Below, in pieces: positions 38,466-47,333 of a stretch of DNA of 64,000 bases (the first letter of the stretch is position 1; every line of letters begins with the position of its first letter). The notes under the pieces are model-generated. The model worked only from the letters and a program-made list of their open reading frames with translations, ran no database searches and was not told where the DNA came from. The position numbers and the translations under genes were made by a program. The DNA is from Zancudomyces culisetae HAW-14-8 (Eukaryota; Fungi; Kickxellomycota), in NCBI GenBank assembly GCA_052426225.1, contig JBNJNM010000012.1, positions 1,302,001 to 1,366,000 on the forward strand, given 5' to 3'.

Positions 38466-41356
38466 TTTGATTTTGTTGTTAAACTTTAAATAATTGATAA
38501 TTTTTTGTTATTTTGTAATTTTATAAATTTTATATTTTTATGTTTTTATGTTTAATTTTTTAACAATATTTTTATTATATATTATTTTATTATAATAATT
38601 ATTTTTTTTTTTTTTTTATTTTTTTTTTTTTTTTATTTTTTTTTTTGTATTATTTATTGTTGTAGTTTAGTATTGTTTAGAAAACTTGTTAATCCGTTGA
38701 AAGATGGACAAACTTTTAGATTTATAGGATTGAATTTCGATTTTGTTTGATTTGGAGTCTGATTTGATTTTTAGTATTTCGACTCAATTAATTTTAATTT
38801 TTAATTTCTTTGCTGGTTTTGATTAGTTTTACTTTGTTTTAATTTGGACTGTGTCCCTGCTTTTTATCTGCTATGTTATTCTGACTTGTATTCATAAATT
38901 TAATTCCCAATTTAAGTTACCAAAAGTTCAGTCAGTTTTGAAGTGATGAACAGTTTGGGTTTGATGTTTTACACAACTCCCGAACGGTTTGGAAGGGAGG
39001 ACCTCCCCGCCCAAAAGATTGGACATCGGATTTGTTTTACCCCCATTTCATATTTCCACACTAGATCTTTCGAACGTTGGAGGGATTTAATCTAGTGTAA
39101 TAAAAGATTATTGAATATAATCTTTTCAGTATGTTTCGGTTCCGAATAATATTAACTAGAAAGTAGAAACTAGTTAAATGATATCTACCGTTCTGAAGAC
39201 GCGCCGCTCTAACAGAACTCATAAGACGACAATATTGTGCATCTTACCTTGGTACCACTATTGGGTTTGGTTGAAATAAATAATAAATTCTACCTCTCCC
39301 TAGCCCCTTGGGAATGTTGAACTTACATCACCCAAATGACTGTAGAATACCTAGGAATTGACCTCCATGGTATCCTTTACTCTTGGAGTGCTTTGGCTAC
39401 TCCGTAATTGGTTATACTAAGACCCCCATCTAACTTATCTATCCTTATTTTGATAGAATGGTTAGGCCGGACAAAGAGAGTAAACCAGTTCTGCTCCTGT
39501 CCCATTAATGACGTAGGTTGATTCCTGCAGGGTTATCACCTCGTAAATATTTATCTCACCTTGTTAGCTACTTAAGGTGTAGAAAGGTCCCCAGAACTGA
39601 AAGTACTCTTACCACGTAGGTTGGAGGGTTTGGAATACTTCCGTTTGTTCTACCGAACCCAAGGTGTCCCCTTTTTGGGTACTACCATTTACTGACTTAC
39701 TGGGTAAACTTTTTAGTTTCCCGATATTATTAGGCTGATCTTGTTTAAATACTACTACCAAACCTAATACCAATTTAGTTCCATATTTTACGGAACTTTA
39801 CCACAAAATTCCTCCACCAGTTTCATTCACTCGGTTTTGGAATCGAGTATTTTATTACTCGTATAGTTTCTGGGTTAACTGGTAGGGTAGAAATTATTTC
39901 CCCAGTTATTTCCTTACTTAAAACCAATTAAAGAAAAAATTATTCCTTTAAAACCACCCGAGAAGTCTGATTCAGTTTCCCTAAATCTTGAAAAAGGATT
40001 TGGATAACTAACTTCAACTTCTCAAAACTTGGGAGTGTATCTGGAGATAGATACAGGATCTCCCTATTTAAAGTGTGAAGTTTATTTCTACCTTTAAACT
40101 TCTTACACTTTTACTACTGGAGTTCAACTCCAGGTAGTGTCCCAGCAAAACTGTGGCCTAGAATAAGCTTGCATATAGCTCGCTTAAACTTACCAAGTGA
40201 CTTTAGTAGGTTGGTTAACTCTTACCTTCCCACTGTCACTGGTAGCTTTTCTCCACTTTAAGGATGTTATTCTTAAAGTTAGCTACAATGTTGCCGGTCT
40301 AGTAACCTATGGTCGGGCTCCTAGACTCGGTGTAGTAAGAAAAAATTAGGATTTTTACATCCCATTATCCTCATTACTACTAGTGGCTTCTACTAAGACT
40401 AAATGGCATTGCATTTAGTCCCTAGACGCCGGTGATATGGTGTAAAACCCACCGCAGAAATCCCCAGTACTTCTCAAAGAAGTCCGTCTCATTTCTGTTT
40501 TGAGCCCACCTTTGGTGACTTGTGTACATGTATTTTTAGGTTACTTACACATAATTTTGCTTTTCAGCAGTAAACCCCCAGTATCCATCTTTCTTCTCCC
40601 AAGTATTGGAAATTCTCCGTACAGCTAGCATTAACGAAAATTAACTTTCTTTAGCTATCACCGTATCTAGGAGATTTCAATATTTGGGGAATCCAGACGA
40701 ACCCGTCTCGTTTCCGCTTCCAACCAAAAATATGCTTATCGGCCTAAAAACCCATAAACATACCACCAACACCTGGGAAGTATCCAAAAGTATGCGACAT
40801 AACGCACATTTTGCTTCAACTCCCGCAGGTAACACAGCATTTTAAGCTGTTCTGGGAAAAGTTCCCAAAGACATTTGTTGAATTTAACTGTTTGGAAATG
40901 TTCTATTAAACTTAATTAATATCCCAAGTCCCAATTTGTTAAATTCCCCAAAAGCCTAAAAAGAAAAGGTCGGGTAATGTGGGAAATTCAATTACATTTA
41001 GGCTAAAATGTAAATGAAACCCGAAAAAGTATTGAGAAAAATCTTAAAGGGAAAAATGTATTTAAAGCCAATGTTCCTAGCCCCACTGAAAGTGTTTCGC
41101 ATTTACCAGCGCGAGTCCCTAAAAGGGCTTTCGTGGTTACCTTACCTGGTCCGGTGGTTCAGAGAATTTATTCCTTATTTAAAAGGAACAAACCTCCTAC
41201 TAGCCCACATTGGCCCCAGATGGTGTAAGGTCCAACTCGTCTCGTAAATGGCTTCTAGGCGACATAGCCGAAGCTTTTACGGCAAATTTTTGGTCATTAG
41301 AAAGAAAATCTTTCTGACCAAAAATTTAACTTTTCTCCCAAATTTTCCTCATACCG

Positions 41357-41374
41357 TTCCCGGCAGAGCCCCCA
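41357..41374 (-). promoter_or_regulatory. PBS of K (tRNA-Pro-like)
   Basis: TGGGGGCTCTGCCGGGAA, 2 nt after the 5' LTR. Confidence 0.75.
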
Positions 41375-41980
41375 TTTGTTGAATTCGTTTTCATTTTTTA
41401 GTACTAGTCCAATAGGATTTTCCCAAAAAACTTCCACTAATATCAATCACGGTTCCCTAGAAGGGTGGTTATTACTGACACAGGATTTACCATTTCTAGC
41501 CAGTTAACCACTATCTATAAAACCCCCTCAGAAAGAACACAACTGGACAATTTCCACAATTTTTGGTAAAAATAATTTTATTTAAAAGAATTCCTCCCAA
41601 AACCTGGAAAATATAGCCAAAATGGCCCTTTCCTTACACTAAAAAAATAGTATTACGCCTCTCTATATATGTTTATTTTTACTTTTAGTGTGGTTTTGGT
41701 CGGATTTACAAATTTTTCAATTTATACTAATAATTTACTAATAAAATTGATTAAAAATAAATCCACTAATAAAGTATAAAATCGATTCGACTAAAAAATA
41801 AATCGATTTGTACTATTAAATTGGCTGTAAAATTGACAAAAATTTATGACATGGTCATAATTTTTGTACTCTAAATTGAATTGCGCAGGAAACAATTTTT
41901 TCAAAATTGATTTCTCTGCTATTTTGCTGCAATGAAAGCGGTAAATTTAAGTTGATGCTTTTGCATACAACAACGACACA

Positions 41981-42062
41981 GTCAGTGTGTCCGAGCGGTT
42001 AAGGAGATAGACTTGAAATCTATTGGGCTATGCCCGCACAGGTTCAAATCCTGTCGCTGACG
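41981..42062 (+). tRNA. tRNA-Ser(TGA)
   Basis: GTCAGTG/CGCTGAC acceptor stem; ATAGA-CTTGAAA-TCTAT anticodon arm; long variable arm. Confidence 0.95.
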
Positions 42063-42065
42063 AAA

Positions 42066-42136
42066 GCGTAGATGGTTTAGTGGTATAATTGCCGCCTGCC
42101 ACGCGGCAGACCCGGGTTCGATTCCCGGTCTACGCA
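42066..42136 (+). tRNA. tRNA-Gly(GCC)
   Basis: GCGTAGA/TCTACGC acceptor stem; GCCGC-CTGCCAC-GCGGC anticodon arm; GGTTCGATTCC. Confidence 0.95.
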
Positions 42137-42357
42137 TAAAATTTTGTACATGAATCAACAATGTATTTTACGTTTCATACATATTGTAATATAAAATTTT
42201 GCCATATCTTTAGTAATAACCCACAATAAACACATGGCGAGTTTAGTATTAATATACTTCTAAAAATCATTTAATTCTGACGATCAGGTAATATACGAGC
42301 GTTAACAACCAATAAGGACATTGTTAGCATTTCATAACTGAATATACTTTACAAATA

Positions 42358-43964
42358 CAGAGACTTAAAAGATTGATATAAGTTTTTGATGTTCATTCAA
42401 AAATTATTTATCTCACGAATACTATATCATATCACTATAAAAATTACAATTATTATTCATTTATATACCGTGTATTACCTATCAAAATTTTATTATACTT
42501 GAACCAGCCAAATAACTGTAGTTATACTTTTTGTAATAATATTTTATTTGAACAATTTTTATGCTAATAATAAAAAATCATATAAATTTATTAGACTAGT
42601 ATTTAGTATATCCACCCCTGGCTTTCAATACTGCATTAATTCTTGCAGGTGTGCTAATGATTAGCGACATACTCTAGTCACGTGATATATTATTACACTC
42701 GTCTTGTACGCGGTCCCAAAGTTCGTACATCCCTTTTGGTGCATTTTCGTGATTTGATAGCCGTCTTTTCAAATTGACCCATAGATGTTCAATTGGATTT
42801 AGGTCAGGTGACTGCGCTGGCCAGTCAAGCATCTGAATGGAGTTAGTTTGCAACCAGGCTTTGTGATTTTCGCGTTGTGTTTTGGATCGTTATCATGCTG
42901 AAAAATTGTACTTTCCCTGTCTAAGTTGTACCACATCATTAATTTTACCAGTTCGTTTTCAAGAATATCACAGTACAATTCTGCATTAAGTCCGCAATCA
43001 ATTTTAGTAAGATATCCTGGGCCTTCTGAAGTCATGCATCTCCATAACATGATTGAACCTCCACCATGTTTTATAGTTTTTTTAACATGATTCGGTTTTA
43101 AATGCTCCATTGTTTTTTCCAGCACCACATGCGCCCATCTGACCCAAATCTGTTAATTTAAGTCTCGTCAGACCATATCACATGTTTCCAGTCTTTTACA
43201 GTCCAATGCTGATATTTTTTAGCAAATGCAAGTCGTTGTTTAATATGGCCTAATATTAGCATAGGTTTTTTGACCTTAGGTTTTGCACTTAAACCATATT
43301 TTTTCAAGCTATTCCGCACTGTTTGAGGAACCACTGATACGCGGCCATTATCCTTGAGAAATTTTGTAGCGTCTGTCGCTGTATCAAATTGTCCAGACGT
43401 AATTTTCCGAATTATTAATCGCTCATTTGCTTTTGTCAATTTAATTGGGCTGCCAGGAGTTAAATTTTTTATTGATGGACGATACTTTTTTTTTATGTTA
43501 GTGATTGTTCCTTTACTAATAGATAGTTTAGATGCAATTTGGCTATATGAGTATCCATTATCCAGCAGATTTTAACACTCCAAACTTTTTCATTATTTAG
43601 TTTTTTCATCGTATTTAAATTGATCAAAAATTTAATATTAATAATATAATGTATTGTGTAGATAATTGTAAGTTATATCTAGTAACATAAAATTTTATTA
43701 AATGATATCTATCAAAATGATAAAGATATCACCAAAATTGATGTTTTAATTTAAAACCAAAAAATTGTTCAAATAAATTAATTTTACAAAAAGTATAACA
43801 ACTGTTGATTGGCTGGTTCAAGTATTCTAAAAATTTGATAGGTAATATACGGTATATGGATGTATAATAATTGTAAAATTTAAATTAATACGATATGGTA
43901 TACGTGAGATATAATAATTTTTGAATGAACATCAAAAACGTTTGAACAATTTTTTGAGTCACTG
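42358..43964 (-). mobile_element. Tc1/mariner DNA transposon 2, decayed
   Basis: TA-flanked ~200-bp imperfect TIRs CAG(A/T)GACT.AAAA.ATTG..TTTTTGATGTTCATTCAAAAATTA. Confidence 0.9.
42596..43609 (-). pseudogene. Tc1-like DD34E transposase
   Basis: WSDET, KHGGGSIMLW, FQHDNDPKH, SPDLNPIEHLW and GGYTKY motifs with stops and frameshifts. Confidence 0.9.
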
Positions 43965-43994
43965 TATTACACAAGAAATTTATTTTATCAACAC

Positions 43995-44378
43995 TGTCGT
44001 ATGTTTTAAAACTTTTATTATAATTTATATACTACAGTACGACGAGGCTGAGTATATATTAATTTTGGCTCTGTACTCTTTTATAGTCTTTTAGTATAAA
44101 TTGTTTTATTTGATAATATATAAATGCTATGATTTTGAGTGAATTTCGAACAAAAATCCTTAGAATCTTGTTTCGTCGTATTTAAAGGTTTTTTCCTAAA
44201 ATAGTTTATACTAATATGAAAGTATTTAATATAAAACATAGTAATAAAATATAAAATATAGACAACGTTAAACCACTAATTGTAGCAAAAACCACAATGG
44301 TGATAAGGCCACTTTAGGACAATGGTTCAACGTTGGTCCTTTCTTAGCGTGTGTTTAAGATTATAAACACACACGACA
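43995..44378 (-). repeat. Solo LTR L1, TSD ACAC
   Basis: TGTCGT...ACGACA with ACAC on both sides; homologous to L4; strand inferred from the U-rich stem-loop. Confidence 0.8.
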
Positions 44379-44385
44379 ACACAGT

Positions 44386-44805
44386 TGTGCTAAGAAATTT
44401 CACTTTGTTTTTTGTTTGATCTGAAGATATTTTTTATTTAAAACAAAATTGGACCTATTAAATACTTTTACACCATTATTGAATACTATGAAATTGCCTA
44501 TATAAATACTATAAATACTATCAGATTCTCAAAATGTATAAAGTTGATTAAATGACATTTTGTTCATCTATTGAGATTTGATATTTAATTAATTAATATG
44601 ATACATCGATATTGGATGATTCACATATTAATTAATTAATATATTCTTGATCAAAATGCAATTAATAGGCTAGTTAAAAGTTAGTATAACTAAATTAAAT
44701 TAATACAAAAAGTTTAAAATGATATAATAATAATAATTAAACTCGTTAGGATTCAGTAGGAAATAAACCATATGGAAAAAAGCCTGCTGAATCCCGTATA
44801 CTACA
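44386..44805 (-). repeat. Solo LTR L2
   Basis: TGT...TACA unit between short AC-rich spacers; carries the U-rich stem-loop near one end. Confidence 0.65.
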
Positions 44806-44810
44806 ACACA

Positions 44811-45136
44811 TGTCGTATAGAAATACGATTAGAAGGATAAGGGGAATTAGTCCCCGGTTTTATTAAAGTTTATTTTTAGTTATATTTATATGTTTAGATT
44901 GGACCTTTTTCCCCTTGTGGTTTTGTCCAATAGTTTTTTATTAGTTAGTTATTTTTGTTTAATGAGCCAAATATTTTAGGGGTTAAATGAACTCCCACTT
45001 GGAAGAAAAAATAAAAACATCTTTATTCACAATTAGAAAAACAGTCTATACTAGTATAAGTTTATTATTTGTATCAAAAATAATACGATATAGTAAATAT
45101 AATTAAAATATATTCCAATACTTTTTATATATCACA
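44811..45136 (+). repeat. Solo LTR L3 (B-related)
   Basis: TGTCGTATA..ATACGAT start; TTAGATTGGACCTTTTTCCCCTTGTGG shared with LTR B. Confidence 0.8.
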
Positions 45137-45137
45137 T

Positions 45138-45555
45138 TGTCGTAGTATATGAAATTTTATTATATAATTTTTGTATACCACAGTACGACAAATCTGAATA
45201 TACTATAAATCTTTGGTTCAGAACACTAGTACTAGCTTTCTTATAATATTTTTTATGATGTATATATTTTAATAGTAATAGATATACTTATATAAACGCT
45301 AAAACAAAAGGATGAAGTTCGAACACTGTTTCCGTGTTCGCATGTTTCGAATTATATAGGGTATTGTAAAATGATATAAGAATATTTAAAGTAAAATAAA
45401 TCTAACTACTTAAAGTATATATGTTTTGGGACAGATTGTAACAAAAACCACAATGGTGAAAAAGTTACGTATAACAATGCCCAACGTTTTATAATAATTA
45501 AAACTGTTATAAAAATAAATAATATTTAGGGTATGGTGTAAAATCGCACACGACA
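45138..45555 (-). repeat. Solo LTR L4 (L1-related)
   Basis: TGTCGTAG...CACACGACA; shares CAGTACGAC and AAAAACCACAATGGTG with L1. Confidence 0.8.
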
Positions 45556-45559
45556 CACT

Positions 45560-45827
45560 TGTTGTATGCCTATAATAGGCGAATCATTTCCATTATTAAA
45601 CGTGTTTTGTAATTTTTAGTTAGATTTTTTGTAGATTTTATTGTAGATTTTATTGTATAAAATTGAAATTTTTGGTAAACTATATAAATGTCCTCTTTTG
45701 CAAAATCATAATTTACTATAAAATATTCGCGGCATATAGTAAAAGGTAAGTAAAATGACCCGTCCCGTGTGTTATTTGGTGTAAAAAACACTAAATGGGA
45801 GCTTAAACATAACAACACACAAGAACA
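45560..45827. repeat. Solo LTR-like unit L5
   Basis: TGTTGTATG start (as in the K LTR terminus); ends in AACA at 45817 or 45827. Confidence 0.55.
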
Positions 45828-45829
45828 AC

Positions 45830-46292
45830 TGTTATATAGTGGCTAGAGCTACCTCTAGTCATTATATAATTTTAACTTACCAGTTATTCATATACTTTTA
45901 TATTAATATTTAGGTTTATCATTTAATATAAGATATTATTTATTATAGGTTATTTATTATATTATGTGTTGCCTAGTTTTTTTTATCCTTCTAGATTTTT
46001 TCTACAGCAACACTCTAGTTCAATTTAATATATATTTTATAGGATTTATATTTAATTAGTATAAAATTATTTCAGAATATTGTAATAGTCATTTTTAAAA
46101 TGTATAAATAAGGCTAGATATTCATTTAGTATTACATTATCAAATAAATATAATTTATTTAAATTTGGTCTATTTAATTTAGCATAGTTACTATAGTGAA
46201 AACAATTTTAAACATAGTACTTAGTATAGTATTCCTATCAAAATAAATATATAATAATCAATATAGCGAAGTAAACCTGTGTTTTGCTAACA
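45830..46292 (+). repeat. Solo LTR L6 (J-related), TSD CAAC
   Basis: TGTTATATAGTGGCTAG...CTAACA with CAAC on both sides. Confidence 0.85.
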
Positions 46293-46297
46293 CAACA

Positions 46298-47332
46298 TGT
46301 CGTATAAAATATTATACGTTATAGATTTCTCATCTATTGTAATTAATAGTGTTATTTTATTGGTTATTTATTTAATAGTTTTTGTAGTTGATTTTGTAGT
46401 ATTTAAATCAATGAAATTTTTAGTTAAATAAATTTGTCGTCTCTTAAATATAATAATAGTACATATAAATATTTATAAACAGTAACTATTAGCGGCCCGA
46501 CTCGTGTAGTGCTTGGAAGCCAATAGCTTTCAAGTAGGACGTAAAACATTTCTACTACACGACAAACATGTGTCGCATAATGTGAAGTATCACTACTTCC
46601 ATTAGCGCTACCATCACGTGTTATACCGGTTTTGGTACGATCACTGATGGTTGATGCACTTCTATTGCGTAATGCAATGTGCATCGAGGGGTGCTCGGGT
46701 GAGCTAATACCCCTGTACAGTGTCGGTGAAATTGTACTCACCGACATTTCTTCCGGGCTCCTACGGATCTGGAGTTGACGGACACTTTCTGTCAACTCAC
46801 CAAGGGTGCGGGGACTTAATACCCCTGCATCCTGATCCATGCTGCTGCCCCTGCTCATGCTGGTAGAAGTGTGTGACTCCCTCCTGGAGTCACATTCGGT
46901 TCCAATCCAACTGTTTAAAAACTTTATTGCTAATATATCTTTTGGTTTATATTTGATTTTATTTAATTGTTTTATTATAATATTCCGTATCGAGACATGG
47001 ATGAGGTTTTCATATGTCATCCATACGTCTCCTTAAATATATTATTCAAATTTTAAACCACTATTATAAACTAAATACTAAAATATGACTATTGTATAAT
47101 ATATTAATAATTTGTTTGTTATTAATGATAAATGTAAAATGCCTGGGATCATTTTACATTTTACATTCATCATTATTGAACTAGCTCAGTAAAAAATTGA
47201 TTGCATACTGAGCTCAAAATTATTTGAATTTATTTAAAAAAAGTAAACAAAAATGAATTTGCATTTTCGCACTGAGTGTACCATTTTCAGGCACATCCAC
47301 GTGCTATTGTACAAATTGTTAATAATGCGACA
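46298..47332 (-). mobile_element. Long LTR-like unit L7 (1035 bp) carrying a small ORF
   Basis: TGTCG...CGACA termini; homologous to units D and I. Confidence 0.8.
46424..47020 (-). CDS. Ser/Thr-rich protein of unknown function inside L7 (true start may be downstream)
   Basis: 198-aa ORF; conserved core MDQDAGVLSPRTLGELTESVRQLQIRRSPE..ISPTLYRG..SPEH. Confidence 0.6.
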   Translation of the reverse strand: MTYENLIHVSIRNIIIKQLNKIKYKPKDILAIKFLNSWIGTECDSRRESHTSTSMSRGSSMDQDAGVLSPRTLGELTESVRQLQIRRSPEEMSVSTISPTLYRGISSPEHPSMHIALRNRSASTISDRTKTGITRDGSANGSSDTSHYATHVCRVVEMFYVLLESYWLPSTTRVGPLIVTVYKYLYVLLLYLRDDKFI

Positions 47333-47333
47333 C

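Larger units (their letters stand above)
35598..41972 (-). mobile_element. Non-autonomous Ty3/Gypsy element K (Gag+IN only); LTRs 35598-36193 and 41377-41972; TSD ACGA
   Basis: 596-bp LTRs with no differences seen; PPT GGAGGGGGGA; PBS; ends 8 nt before tRNA-Ser. Confidence 0.95.

Noticed and set aside
43995-47332. CRISPR-like array
   Set aside because: No constant repeat and no cas genes; the units are LTRs, so the likeness is only polarised growth.
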